Assembly: GCA_034670305.1 (NCBI GenBank)
Contig: JAXMNT010000012.1
Span: 91,534-155,533 of the forward strand
Length of the DNA: 64,000 bases
Source of the DNA: Deltaproteobacteria bacterium
Lineage (GTDB): Bacteria > Myxococcota_A > Polyangia > Polyangiales > Houyiibacteriaceae
Direction of reading: 5' to 3'
Notes under the pieces: model-generated
The model's database searches: none
What the model saw: the letters and a program-made list of their open reading frames with translations, nothing else
What the model was told of the DNA's origin: nothing
Part shown: one piece after another, positions 26,630 through 36,951 of the stretch
Numbering within the stretch: the first letter of the stretch is position 1
How the letters are laid out: each line of letters opens with the position of its first letter
Position numbers and translations under genes: made by a program

Positions 26630-27922
26630 ATGATTCGAATCGCATCGATGTGTCTCATCGTATTGGCCGCGTGCAGCAGCGGCGGCGACGACCTCCCCGA
26701 GTACCAGCCGCTCAGCCCCGAACGTTTGCCGATGGCGGACACCTCGACCTTCGACGTGGACTGGAACCCAGAGGTGATCGTCGCCGAAGAGTCCGACGTG
26801 CTCGCCGACGTGGAGAACCTCCAGCCGGCCAACGGCGTGTTCCGCATCCGCGCGGGCTCGCCGATGCTCGCGGGCGTCGAGGTCGGCAGCACGGTGGTCT
26901 GGCCGCAGCTCGGGCTCTTCGAGATCACCTCGATGATGGACGAGGGCGACCGCGTCGCCGTCGGTACCGAGTGGGCGCGCTTCAGCGAGTCGATGTCCCG
27001 CGCGGACATTCAGTTCGGGCACCAGATGCGCGACATGGGTCCCGGCAGCGTGATCGGGGTCGCTCCGGCGGCCGGTTCGATCGAAGGTGGGCTGCAACAG
27101 GCGCTCTTCGACGAAGCGGACTTCTACGCGCTGCTCGAACAGGGTGTCGCTTACAGCGGCGGCACCTGGAGCGTGAACCTGAGCATGGTGGGCGACGCGG
27201 GCCGGTTTCAGTTCATGAGCAGCAACGGCGGCACCTCGACCGCGTTCGAGGCCATGGCGACTGGGCTCGAGGCAGAAGGGTCGATCCAGATCGACGAGTC
27301 CGATCCCGACAGCGAACCGACGGTGCGCTTGTACTTCCCGGGCATCGACGTCACCGGCAACGTCTCGGCGAGCTTCGAAGCGGCGACCGGAAGCGCGGAG
27401 ATCTTCCCGCCCGCCACGCTGGTCTTCCCGTTCATGCTCGGACCGTTGCCGGCGTTCGTCGCCGTCAGCGTGCGGGTCGCCGTCCAGTCGACGGTGGGCG
27501 CCAGTGCGACGATGACCGTGTCCTCGGACTTCGACCTCGGCGGCACCGTCACGCTCTCGCGGGGGCCCGAGGGATTCGGCATCGAAGGCGGCATCACCCG
27601 CTTCTCCTCCAACCCGGACGTCGGCGGCTCAGCGGGTGTCACGGTCGGCGCGAGCATCGACGTCGACGCGCCGCGGGTCACGTTCGGGTTCGGACGACCC
27701 GGCATCGCCACCGCGGCGATCTACATGACCCACAGCGCCGAAGCGGTGGCGAACGTGGCGGTCGATCCATCCAGCGGCGAATTCTGCGCACGGGTCTCCG
27801 TCGGCAGCAGCGTGCTCTACGGCGGCGAGGTCACCGCGCTCGGCTGGTCGGTCGGCACCGGCGACAACATGCTCGGAGGCATCCGGTCCCCGGACACGAC
27901 CCGCGGAACCCTCTGCGAATAG
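26630..27922 (+). CDS. Hypothetical beta-rich lipoprotein
   Basis: LAAC lipobox; strand-like alternating composition. Confidence 0.75.
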   Translation: MIRIASMCLIVLAACSSGGDDLPEYQPLSPERLPMADTSTFDVDWNPEVIVAEESDVLADVENLQPANGVFRIRAGSPMLAGVEVGSTVVWPQLGLFEITSMMDEGDRVAVGTEWARFSESMSRADIQFGHQMRDMGPGSVIGVAPAAGSIEGGLQQALFDEADFYALLEQGVAYSGGTWSVNLSMVGDAGRFQFMSSNGGTSTAFEAMATGLEAEGSIQIDESDPDSEPTVRLYFPGIDVTGNVSASFEAATGSAEIFPPATLVFPFMLGPLPAFVAVSVRVAVQSTVGASATMTVSSDFDLGGTVTLSRGPEGFGIEGGITRFSSNPDVGGSAGVTVGASIDVDAPRVTFGFGRPGIATAAIYMTHSAEAVANVAVDPSSGEFCARVSVGSSVLYGGEVTALGWSVGTGDNMLGGIRSPDTTRGTLCE

Positions 27923-28031
27923 AAGGTCGCACCTTCAGGGCCGACTGCTGCATTTCAACCAGACGGCGTCTTGGTCCTGTACCGAAGAAGTACCGGCGTC
28001 TGAGCGAACCCACCTGAAGTATCCTGCGCCC

Positions 28032-30242
28032 GTGGCCACGCTGTACCCGTTCAAGTCCAACAGGTGCATCGGCCTTGCCGATGCGACCGGTCGCGTGCAC
28101 GTCGCGCCCGTCTACGACCGCATCGAACCGCTGGCCGACGGGCGGCGCCTCGTCGAGCGGGGCTTCGCCCGCGGCTTCCTCGACGCCGAGGGCAAGGTCG
28201 CGATCCCGCTCCACTTCGGCAACGCGTCGAGCTTCGCGCACGGGTTGGCCTGGGCGAGTGCAACGATCGCGGGCGCCCAGGGTCTCATCGACGTGAACGG
28301 AGAGTGGGTGTTGCCGGCGAAGTACGGCTGGCCGACCGCAGTGTCTCCGGAGTTCGCGGTCGCACGGCCGAGCGACAAGGAGACCTGGGGTCTGCTCGAG
28401 ATCGCCACCGAGAAGTGGGTTGTCGAACCGGTCTACAAAGCGATGCGCGGCATGGGCGCAGGCCTCGTCCGGTTCATCCAGAAGCGCAAGATGGGCGCGA
28501 TGACGTTCGACGGGAAGGTCTTCTTGAAAGACGCCTGGGAGTCGCTTCACCGCAACGACGACGGCACCTTCCTCGCACGTGCGAAGAAGAAGGCGCCGTG
28601 GCAGCGGCTTGATGCCAAGGGCGCGCTGGTCGACGAGCTCGAAGCGTTCCATGACCTCTACCCCTACGTGTCTGGGTTCGCGCCGGCCAAGCGCGGCAAA
28701 CTGTGGGGGCTCGTCGACAAAGACGGCGTTTGGGTGCTCGACCCAGTCGGCACGATGCCACCGACGCCATCCCCAGATGGCAGTGGCCCCTACCGCATCT
28801 TGGCCAAGAAGTACGGCTACGCGACGCCAGCCAAGGGTGTGCTCGTGGAGCCGACCTACGCACACGCGACTGTGTTCGAAGCCGGCCACGCGATCGCAGA
28901 CGGCAAGGTGCTCGATGCCGCGGGCAAGGTGGTCGCAACCGTGGACGAGTCGACGCCACCAGTCGTCGCGCCGGCGGCGCCGCCCGCGAAGGACGTGGCC
29001 GCGAAGGCCTTGGTCGCGATGTGCGGTCGGCCGAGCAAGCAGCCGGCGGACCCTGCGCTGCTGCGGGCGATCGGCGCGCTGCCAAGCGACGACCTCGCAG
29101 CGGTGCTCGATGCGTGGGCCCGCGCGGGCCAGCCGTGGATCCAGATCGGCGTGTGGGAGATCTATCGGAGCACGAGCGGCAAGGACCTCGTCGCGGCATT
29201 GCTCGCTGGCAAGAAGCGGCTGCCGTTCGGGACCGGCGACTACGACGATCCGATCGCGGTTCGTTTCCCGCGCGGCGAGCTCCAGATCAAGATCGAGAGC
29301 AACCCCGACGACACCGCCCCCCGCACGTTTCACTCGCTCGACAGCTTCGTGGACGCGGTGGTGATCGACGCCATCGACAAACTCGAGCCGGGGTCGGACA
29401 AGCCGTGGCCGCCGTCGGAGGAGATCACCAAGTGGCTCGAAGCGGCCAAACCCAGCGAGTACGTGCAGAAAGCGCTCGCGAACCACGCCCGCCTCGTCGT
29501 GATGTGGAAGGGCGTGTCTGACGAAGCACGGGAAGCCGCGCAGGCTTGGCTGGACGCCCACGAGTCCAAGCGGCTCGACCCGGCCACGCTGCCGATGACG
29601 TTCAAGACGTGCCAACCGAAGCCGGTCACGGAGCCGCCGGAGGCTACGGTGAAGCTCCTGACCGCAGGTGGGCATCTGCGTTTTCAGCGCGCCGGCGACC
29701 GCTGGATCGCGCTCTCCAACAAAGGCATCCGGTTCGAGGTGAAAGGCAAACGCAAGACCGCGGGCCTGACCTCCGGCCCAGCACAGCTCGGACCCGCGGT
29801 CGCGGTGCAAGGCGACGTGGCCCTCGTCGGAGGCCGGTGCGAAGTGCTCCGGGTGGATCTGGCCACCGGCAAGAAGTCGACGATCTTCCAGCGCATGTAT
29901 GGCGACGTGCACGCCGTCGCGCCCATCGCCGACGCGGACCGTCTGGTCGTGGCGGCCCGCGGCGAAGAGTTCGCGTGCACGCACCTCGAGGTGCTCGACA
30001 TCGAGGGCAAGGTCCTCTCCAGGATCACGATGCCGCCGGGGGTGAAACTCGTGCGCGGCTTGCTGCCCCTGAGCGACGCGCTCGTGCTGCTCGCCAGCAG
30101 CGGCGCGGTGCACATCGTCGACGTCGCTGCGAAGAAGGTCGTGGCGCTGTTCGACCGCACCGCCAAGTCGGTCGCGTTCGACGGCAAGCGCCTGGTCCTC
30201 ACCGACTTCGGCGACAAGGCGTTCGAGCTCACGAAGCGGTAG
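28032..30242 (+). CDS. WG-repeat (KWG-like) protein with central domain and C-terminal beta-propeller-like region
   Basis: GFLD..GK..IP..F..A.SF..GLA and KWGLVDK.G.WV repeats; no signal peptide. Confidence 0.8.
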   Translation: MATLYPFKSNRCIGLADATGRVHVAPVYDRIEPLADGRRLVERGFARGFLDAEGKVAIPLHFGNASSFAHGLAWASATIAGAQGLIDVNGEWVLPAKYGWPTAVSPEFAVARPSDKETWGLLEIATEKWVVEPVYKAMRGMGAGLVRFIQKRKMGAMTFDGKVFLKDAWESLHRNDDGTFLARAKKKAPWQRLDAKGALVDELEAFHDLYPYVSGFAPAKRGKLWGLVDKDGVWVLDPVGTMPPTPSPDGSGPYRILAKKYGYATPAKGVLVEPTYAHATVFEAGHAIADGKVLDAAGKVVATVDESTPPVVAPAAPPAKDVAAKALVAMCGRPSKQPADPALLRAIGALPSDDLAAVLDAWARAGQPWIQIGVWEIYRSTSGKDLVAALLAGKKRLPFGTGDYDDPIAVRFPRGELQIKIESNPDDTAPRTFHSLDSFVDAVVIDAIDKLEPGSDKPWPPSEEITKWLEAAKPSEYVQKALANHARLVVMWKGVSDEAREAAQAWLDAHESKRLDPATLPMTFKTCQPKPVTEPPEATVKLLTAGGHLRFQRAGDRWIALSNKGIRFEVKGKRKTAGLTSGPAQLGPAVAVQGDVALVGGRCEVLRVDLATGKKSTIFQRMYGDVHAVAPIADADRLVVAARGEEFACTHLEVLDIEGKVLSRITMPPGVKLVRGLLPLSDALVLLASSGAVHIVDVAAKKVVALFDRTAKSVAFDGKRLVLTDFGDKAFELTKR

Positions 30243-30261
30243 AGCGAGCGTCCCACCCACG

Positions 30262-32373
30262 TCAGCGAAGGCCGACGACCGGACCCCTGCCTCTGCGACG
30301 TCGGCGGTGAAGGCCGACGAGCGCCGCGAACAAGAGCCATTCGGGCAGGCGGCCGTCGGTCCCCGCAGCGCAGCCGCCAGAGAGCCCCGAGCCGCGCGGC
30401 ACCACCGGCGGATCATCGATGGGCTCGGGCTCTTCTTCTTCGTCGGGTCCGAGCGGATCGGTGTCGCCCGTTTCGCCTTCCAGGCAGTCCAGGTCTTCTC
30501 CGTCGCAGTCCTGGTCGATGCCGTCGCCGCACACTTCGTACGCAAGCGGGTAACGCAGCGGATCGGCGTCGTCGCAGTCTTCTTCTTCGCCACTCCCGTC
30601 TCCGTCCGCATCGACGGGCGGTGGTGGCGGCGGTGTGACGCCTTCTTCGAAGGAGTCCGCGATCGGCGGGCTCACATCCGGATCGCTGCCCGCGCCGTAC
30701 CAGAGGATGTCGTCGTCGCCGTCGCCGTCGAAGTCGCCCACGTGCGGGCTGTAGGTGCCGCCCACGTTGATGGACGGACTCGCGTAGGTTCGGTCGCTCG
30801 AGAAGCGCCAGTAGAAGTCGCGGTCTTCGCCTTGCGCGTACCAGACCAGATCGTCGGTGCCGGACCCATCGAAGTCGCCGACCAGCACCCGCGCGTAGCT
30901 GCCGTTGACGTCGAAGGACGAGTCGGTGAACGACCCGGACGCGTCGCCGTACCAGAGGTAGTCCGTGCTTGCGCCCGCCCGGTACCAGAGCACGTCGCCG
31001 CGGTCGTCGCCGTCGAAGTCGCCGGTCGACACGACGTACGTTCCGTTGACGGAGACGCTCTCGGTGTCGAACGTGCGGTCCGCGCGGCCGCGGTAGATCG
31101 CGTCGCTCGGTTCACCGGCCGCGTACCAGAGGATGTCGTCCCGTCCGTCGCCGTTGAAGTCCTGGACCTGTGGCGCGTAGGTGCCGACGATCGACTGCGG
31201 CCGGTCGGTGAACGAGCGGTCGGCTTCGCCGAACCAGATCGTGTCCGCCGCGGCACCAGGCGCGTACCAGAAGAGATCGCTGCGACCGTCTCCGTCGAAG
31301 TCCCCGGTGAACGGTTGGTAGGTGCCGCTCACGGGACGGGGCGTGGACTCGAAGGTGCCGTCGGCGTTGCCGAACCAGAGGAAGTCGGGCGCGGACGGAG
31401 TGGTGTTGTAGAAGAAGATGTCGTCGCGTTCGTCGCCATCGAAGTCCGCGACGACCACCGTGTAGTGCCCGTTCACTTCGAGGCTGCGTGATCGGAACGA
31501 ACCGTCGGTCTGACCGAGCCATACGAAGTCCTCGCGGCTGCCCCAGCCGTACCAGAAGATGTCGTCCGCACCGTTGCCGTCGAAGTCGCCGATGTGCGGC
31601 AAGTAGAGTCCGTTGACGTCGATGGCGCGGCTGACGAACTCACCACTCGGCGTGCCGTACCAGAGGTGGTCCGGCCGGCTGCCGCACTGGCAGGCGTGTT
31701 CTTCGCAGCCACAGCCGTAGAGGAAGCCGCACTCGGCGATCTCGAAGTCGTTGCAGGTGGGCGGTGGCGGCGCGACGCCCGGCGGCCCTTCGGTGAAGAA
31801 GCGGGTGCCGCGGCTGGCCGCTTGCAAGGTGATCTCGACGTGCAGGTGGTCGTGGTGTGGATGTGGTCCACCGTACGAACGCTCGCGCGAACCAGACCGC
31901 GTTCCGCTCCAGGAGGTGCGGTCCCAGATCACGTACTGCACCCCGATGTACGCAGAGTGTTCGAGCAGCCAGTTCGCGACCGGGTCGCCGAGATCGTTGT
32001 CGGCCGCGCCTGCGTGCAATGGAATGAAGATGTCGATCGCGCGACCGGTGCCGTGCACCGAGGTCTTGCTCAGGTTCGCGGTGTTCTGCCGACACGCGTA
32101 ACCCTGGATGGAGGTGATCTGCGGGAACGCGGCCATGAGGTGTGCACGGAGCTCCTGGGCACCCGGCGTGAAGCTGCCGCTGCAGTTGCGGCCTCCATCC
32201 CAGTTCGGCGCGCCGTCGTACCCGACCGAGTCGCCGGCGTTGTCTGGGATCCAGCGGCCCGGATGGCTGACCGCAGCTTCGAGGTCGTCCACCGAGGTCG
32301 GCGCCACACACCCCCACCCGCACAAGAGACTCACGAGGAACGGAACGACGCGGGGAAGAGACGAGAGGGGCAT
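30262..32373 (-). CDS. Surface lipoprotein: M15/DD-peptidase-like Zn domain, FG-GAP repeats, MopE-like repeat, MYXO-CTERM-like tail
   Basis: S.H..GRAID and H.DHLHV; GDFDGDG.DD..WY repeats; [19 protein letters not shown]..hydrophobic..RRRRR. Confidence 0.82.
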   Translation of the reverse strand: MPLSSLPRVVPFLVSLLCGWGCVAPTSVDDLEAAVSHPGRWIPDNAGDSVGYDGAPNWDGGRNCSGSFTPGAQELRAHLMAAFPQITSIQGYACRQNTANLSKTSVHGTGRAIDIFIPLHAGAADNDLGDPVANWLLEHSAYIGVQYVIWDRTSWSGTRSGSRERSYGGPHPHHDHLHVEITLQAASRGTRFFTEGPPGVAPPPPTCNDFEIAECGFLYGCGCEEHACQCGSRPDHLWYGTPSGEFVSRAIDVNGLYLPHIGDFDGNGADDIFWYGWGSREDFVWLGQTDGSFRSRSLEVNGHYTVVVADFDGDERDDIFFYNTTPSAPDFLWFGNADGTFESTPRPVSGTYQPFTGDFDGDGRSDLFWYAPGAAADTIWFGEADRSFTDRPQSIVGTYAPQVQDFNGDGRDDILWYAAGEPSDAIYRGRADRTFDTESVSVNGTYVVSTGDFDGDDRGDVLWYRAGASTDYLWYGDASGSFTDSSFDVNGSYARVLVGDFDGSGTDDLVWYAQGEDRDFYWRFSSDRTYASPSINVGGTYSPHVGDFDGDGDDDILWYGAGSDPDVSPPIADSFEEGVTPPPPPPVDADGDGSGEEEDCDDADPLRYPLAYEVCGDGIDQDCDGEDLDCLEGETGDTDPLGPDEEEEPEPIDDPPVVPRGSGLSGGCAAGTDGRLPEWLLFAALVGLHRRRRRGRGPVVGLR

Positions 32374-32535
32374 GCCCTGGACGCAGCACGAATGGTGCCA
32401 GCCGATAGAGCCAGAGATCAGCCGATCTACCGACCCGGTACCGCCCAGGGATTGAACACCTGTATGGGCAATCCCGCGCAGCCCCCGATGCGCGAGATTG
32501 CTGGGTCTCTCCCGGGGTCGCGTCGTTTCAGCTCT

Positions 32536-33396
32536 TCACTCGGCGTCGTCGTCGTCGTTCTCGTCCGCGGTGTCGACGTCGCTGGAGCTGTGGTGTTCGC
32601 GAGCCCGGTCCCCGAGCCGGCGCAGGGCATCGACGGTCCCTTCCTCGTCCTCGCTCGACTCGTCCTCTTCGGTATCTACTTCCCTCGAGTCGTGGTGTTC
32701 GCGGGCGCGGTCCCCGAGCCGGCGAAGGGCATCTGCCGTCCTGTCCTCGTCCTCGCTCGACTCCTCTTCTTCCGCCGGGGGGTCGGTGCGCGGGGGCCGC
32801 GGCCCGTAGTCGGTGCGGCCAGCCAACCGGATCAGCACGCCCAGACCGGTCTCGAACTGCCGCACGTTGGTGCCTTCGAGGATGGTGCGCTCGTACCCGA
32901 CCGGAATGTAGACGCTCACTCGACCAGCGAGCATGAGACCGATGCGCAGTTGCCCGCCTATCACCACGGCACGGGTGGCGTCGTCGGACGGTGCACCGGC
33001 GACCCAACCGGCACCTCCATCGATGCCGAGCGAGACATACGGCACGACGAGGCGTCGGTAGGCGCTGCTCGGGACGAGCGCCAGCTGCAACCGCGCCCGA
33101 ACCCGGAACGTGGTCGCCCGGTCGCCGATGGGTTGGGGCAGGGCTGGCAGCGGTTGGCTCCGCACCACCAGGCCCACCGCCAGCACGTCCAGGGCGACGT
33201 ACTCGAGCGTCCCTTCTCCCGCGAACGAGCTGGCCGATGTGTCTTGTCCGCGGCCGACGAGTCCGGAGAAGGCCCCGCCGATGTGAAGGCTCTTCGGGAA
33301 GTTGAACTTGAAGTTGAAGCCGGCGGATGCCGACGACGGTGCAACGAAGAAGAGCAGCGCCAGAGTCGAGGCGAGCAGTCCGCGGCGGGCGATCAT
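32536..33396 (-). CDS. Secreted beta-barrel-like protein with acidic duplicated tail; paralog of 36952-37761
   Basis: Signal peptide; amphipathic strands; 34-aa repeat in the tail. Confidence 0.7.
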   Translation of the reverse strand: MIARRGLLASTLALLFFVAPSSASAGFNFKFNFPKSLHIGGAFSGLVGRGQDTSASSFAGEGTLEYVALDVLAVGLVVRSQPLPALPQPIGDRATTFRVRARLQLALVPSSAYRRLVVPYVSLGIDGGAGWVAGAPSDDATRAVVIGGQLRIGLMLAGRVSVYIPVGYERTILEGTNVRQFETGLGVLIRLAGRTDYGPRPPRTDPPAEEEESSEDEDRTADALRRLGDRAREHHDSREVDTEEDESSEDEEGTVDALRRLGDRAREHHSSSDVDTADENDDDDAE

Positions 33397-33630
33397 CGTG
33401 CTTCGTACCCGTGGCCCTGGAGGGCGCAAGCCCGGCCCGCCCAGGAGTCCTCGAACGGGGTACGCACACGATGGACCCGCAGGCGCTTGAACGCGCTCGG
33501 ATCGATTCGGTGGGACGCTCGCGATGTGAGTGCACTTCGAACGGGCAGACGCCAAACGCTGCGCAGAGTGAGGGATGAAGCGGGGTGGCACGGCTCTGCG
33601 GACGATTGCGAGGCCCCGCGGATTCACTGG

Positions 33631-34437
33631 TTACTGAGGCGACGATGCGAGGCGCGGCGGACGCAGAGGAGGAGCGCACACAGCAGGGCTTTCGACCGCC
33701 TGCGTGGGCGCACACAAGTCGGAGGAGACGCGCACAGCCACCGTCTTCCCAGACTTCACGGCTGGCTTCAGGGCTGGCTTCACGGCGGGCTCCCCGGCGG
33801 GCTTCACGGGTGCACTCACGCGGCGGATGAAGAGCGGCGCGTCTTCGGTGCCGACGAACGCGAGCGGGGTGCCGCCGCGGTAGCTCGAGGGCATGGACCG
33901 CACGGCGCGACGGCGCAGGCGGTGCGGGCATGGCACGGGTGCGCCGCTCAGTTCGATCTCGCTGCCGAGTTCGATCGGGTCGAGGTCCCACACGAGCACG
34001 CAGCGAGAGTCCACGATGGCGAAGCGGCCGTCGTGGAGGCGCACGAGGAACTGGCGGACGCGGGCGATGCTTCGTTCGAGCACGGGACGTTCGGTGCCGA
34101 GCGACTCGCAGTGGGCGGCCACGGCGGGCTTGTCTTCGTCGAGGACACGGACCACCCGGCCGCGGAAGCTCGGCGCGCGGGACGCCTGGCGGCTGAGGCG
34201 GTGGTCGAGCAGTTCGCGGTCCACGGCCGCACGCAGACCGAAGAAGAGACCCCACGCGACGAACAGCCCGAACCCCACGCCGAGACGTGCGACCGGTTCC
34301 GACGAACCCATCAGCGCGATGCTCGCCAAGAGCAGGGCACACATCGCGACGGCGCTGGCACCGACGTACGCACGGCTTCCGCCATCGAGCGGCGTGACGC
34401 GGAGCGAGCCCAGGAGATCTTCGTTGGGGATCCACAT
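33631..34437 (-). CDS. Hypothetical membrane protein with two N-terminal TM helices
   Basis: Two hydrophobic segments; 3 nt downstream of 34441-35424. Confidence 0.6.
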   Translation of the reverse strand: MWIPNEDLLGSLRVTPLDGGSRAYVGASAVAMCALLLASIALMGSSEPVARLGVGFGLFVAWGLFFGLRAAVDRELLDHRLSRQASRAPSFRGRVVRVLDEDKPAVAAHCESLGTERPVLERSIARVRQFLVRLHDGRFAIVDSRCVLVWDLDPIELGSEIELSGAPVPCPHRLRRRAVRSMPSSYRGGTPLAFVGTEDAPLFIRRVSAPVKPAGEPAVKPALKPAVKSGKTVAVRVSSDLCAPTQAVESPAVCAPPLRPPRLASSPQ

Positions 34438-34440
34438 GGC

Positions 34441-35424
34441 TCAGCGGATCCCAACCGTGTGCGCGGCCTGCTGGAACGCTTCGCGCCGCTCTTCCACCGC
34501 GTGGTGGATCTCGCGGGCGAGGAAGAAGCCACCCACGGCGACGACGAGCGGCAGCGCCACTCCGGCTGCCGCGGCTGCGCCCCCGTGCATTGCATGCGCA
34601 AGGTGGACCGCACCGTGGGCGATCTCGAGACCTTCGGCGACCTCGAGCGCAGCGTGGACCTGGTCCGCCGGCACGTGGCTGCGGTGCGAGAGCGTCTCCG
34701 CCATGAAGGTGCCCGCGGCCCCGGCGCCCATACCCGCGTCGAACGCGAGCCGGCGGGTGGTTTGGTCGAAGTCGCCTGGCGACCAGGTCTGTCCCTGGAA
34801 CTGGGAGAGCAGCGCGCGGTAGCCGTCGGACGCGTCCTGCACGTGCTCGCGGATGCGGCCGACGTCGCCGGCGTCGCCGCGAACCCCGAACGCGGCCGCG
34901 ACGCGCCCCTTCGGACTGTCGGCGGGCGCGTCGCGGTACGCGTCGAGGTTCTGCTCGAGGTCGTGACCGACCCGGCCGAGCAGCGAGAGGCGCTCGTTCA
35001 CGTTCGAGCGGACCTCGCCGATCACCATCTGTCGAAGGTGCGCGTCGACGTGATCCTGCAGCTCCTCCATGACCGCGCCGGCGGAGCCACCGATCGACCG
35101 CTCGAGCTGCGCCTCGACCTGGTCGCGCGAACTGCCTGCCAGACCGGCGACGACTTCCGGATGGGTCTCGAGGAACCCGGAGACCGCATGGATCCCGCCG
35201 CGCTCGTAGACGTTGGCGACCGCGGTGCCGAGGCGGGCGGCGGGGGTCCGGGTGGGGCGACCTGCCCGGCCTGCGCCACCGGCACGGCCGGCGTGCACCT
35301 GATCGGTCGCGGCCTCGCGGACGGTCTCAGGCGACTCGGACTCGGGAGACGAGGGCGGTGCGGTGGGCGCGGAAGCGGGGTCGAAGGTGGGTTGCGTGGA
35401 CGTGTTTCGAATCGGCGTAGGCAT
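34441..35424 (-). CDS. Hypothetical helical protein with C-terminal hydrophobic segment
   Basis: Host codon usage; Pro/Ser-rich N-terminus; AAAAGVALPLVVAVGGFFL. Confidence 0.68.
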   Translation of the reverse strand: MPTPIRNTSTQPTFDPASAPTAPPSSPESESPETVREAATDQVHAGRAGGAGRAGRPTRTPAARLGTAVANVYERGGIHAVSGFLETHPEVVAGLAGSSRDQVEAQLERSIGGSAGAVMEELQDHVDAHLRQMVIGEVRSNVNERLSLLGRVGHDLEQNLDAYRDAPADSPKGRVAAAFGVRGDAGDVGRIREHVQDASDGYRALLSQFQGQTWSPGDFDQTTRRLAFDAGMGAGAAGTFMAETLSHRSHVPADQVHAALEVAEGLEIAHGAVHLAHAMHGGAAAAAGVALPLVVAVGGFFLAREIHHAVEERREAFQQAAHTVGIR

Positions 35425-35598
35425 CGAGGATCCTCCAGTGGGTAGGCGCCCTCCTCGACCGGTCCGTGCGTCGATTGCGTCCGAACTGCCCACGGTGCCC
35501 ACCGCGAATGACGCGTTCTTGGTGATCGTCTTGCTGGTGCTCTAGCGACCGTTTCCGTTCGGATTCCTCGAATCCACGGCTCCGCCTTCAGCGGCCCG

Positions 35599-36909
35599 TC
35601 AGCGGCACCAGGTGGGGCCGGGGCCTTCGCCTGCGGGCATGCAGGCCGAGCCGTCCTCGCCGATGCAGACGAGTCCGCTCCCGTCTTCGCCTGGGAAGTA
35701 GGTGTCGGTTCCGACGCCGCACGCATCTTCTTCGACGGTTTGGGATTCGGAAAGGAACCCCTCGCACACCGGGGCGGTTCCGCCGCAGCCGATGCGGGGA
35801 GCGGTCTCGATCCGATCGTCGCAGTTGCGGTCCCATTGGGCCGGCACCGGAATGACTTCGAGGCACCCACCGGGACCCACGCAGACCCAGTCGCCGCCGC
35901 ACCTTCGGGTCTCGACATCGAACGCCACATCTCCTCGAATGAACGAGGCTGGACACGCCGGTTCGGAAGCGTAGCCGCCCTCCGGGTTCACCTCCGGCAG
36001 GTCGTCTCGGCAGTCGCCGGGGAAGCGGGTCCAGCGGCCTGGTGGCGGCGCGCAGGACACCCGCGCGCGGTCGGTCACGCCCCAGCCATCGAGATCCTCG
36101 TCCGGGTAGTACGTGATCAGATCCACGGCCCCGGACTCGGCGTCCGGACCGAACTCGTCCACCGCTCCGTCGCAGTCCTCGTCGATGCCCGCCGGTGCGC
36201 AGCGTTCCGCGCCGCCCGGCCGAGCGAACGCGGAGTCGTCGTCGCAGTCGCCCCCGGCCAGCGCGTAGCGGTCCGGCCGTTCGCACGCTTCGAGCGTCGG
36301 CATCGCGTCGTCGCCGAAGCCGTCCTCGTCTGCATCCACGTAGAACGTGAGCGTGACACCTTCGTCCGAGAGGCCGTCGCAGTCGTCGTCTCGCCCGTTG
36401 CAGACCTCGGTCGCACCTGGGAAGGACCCGCGAGAGAGATCGTCGCAGTCGGTTCCGCACGCGCTGCCGTTGCAGCAGCGGTCGCCGACGAACCCGTCGC
36501 CGTCCACGTCGAACCCGAAGGTGGTCGGGTCGCAGTCCTCGTCGTGTCCACCCGGATCACAGACCTCGGCGTTGCCGGGAAAGCGGTTGGGATCCATGTC
36601 GTCGCAATCGTCGCCGCCGCACCCGATCGCGTCCGCACCATCCGAGTCCGCGTCGGGGTCGACGCACTCGCCGACGCACATGTCGGCGGCTTCGTCGCAC
36701 GTCTCCAAACACGGCGGCGAACCCGAGACGCAGCCCTCTCCGTCGGCGGCCGGGTCCGCGGGCAGGCACTGTTCGGCGCCGTTGCAGAAGAGCCCGTCGT
36801 CGCAGTCGGCGGGGGTCGAACAGAGCGGACCGCCGTCGAACGACCCCATGCCTGGGTCGCCGCAGCCGAGCATACAAACGAGGAAGATGGCGGCGCCCGT
36901 GCGGAACAT
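35599..36909 (-). CDS. Cys/Asp-rich MopE-like metal-binding repeat lipoprotein
   Basis: LGC lipobox; CDDGLFCNG; DCDD....FPG..EVC.G.D.DCDG repeats; TATGCT 7 nt before ATG. Confidence 0.85.
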   Translation of the reverse strand: MFRTGAAIFLVCMLGCGDPGMGSFDGGPLCSTPADCDDGLFCNGAEQCLPADPAADGEGCVSGSPPCLETCDEAADMCVGECVDPDADSDGADAIGCGGDDCDDMDPNRFPGNAEVCDPGGHDEDCDPTTFGFDVDGDGFVGDRCCNGSACGTDCDDLSRGSFPGATEVCNGRDDDCDGLSDEGVTLTFYVDADEDGFGDDAMPTLEACERPDRYALAGGDCDDDSAFARPGGAERCAPAGIDEDCDGAVDEFGPDAESGAVDLITYYPDEDLDGWGVTDRARVSCAPPPGRWTRFPGDCRDDLPEVNPEGGYASEPACPASFIRGDVAFDVETRRCGGDWVCVGPGGCLEVIPVPAQWDRNCDDRIETAPRIGCGGTAPVCEGFLSESQTVEEDACGVGTDTYFPGEDGSGLVCIGEDGSACMPAGEGPGPTWCR

Positions 36910-36951
36910 GCGCGCGAGCATAGCCCACCGACCCACTGAACTCGGAGCTGT

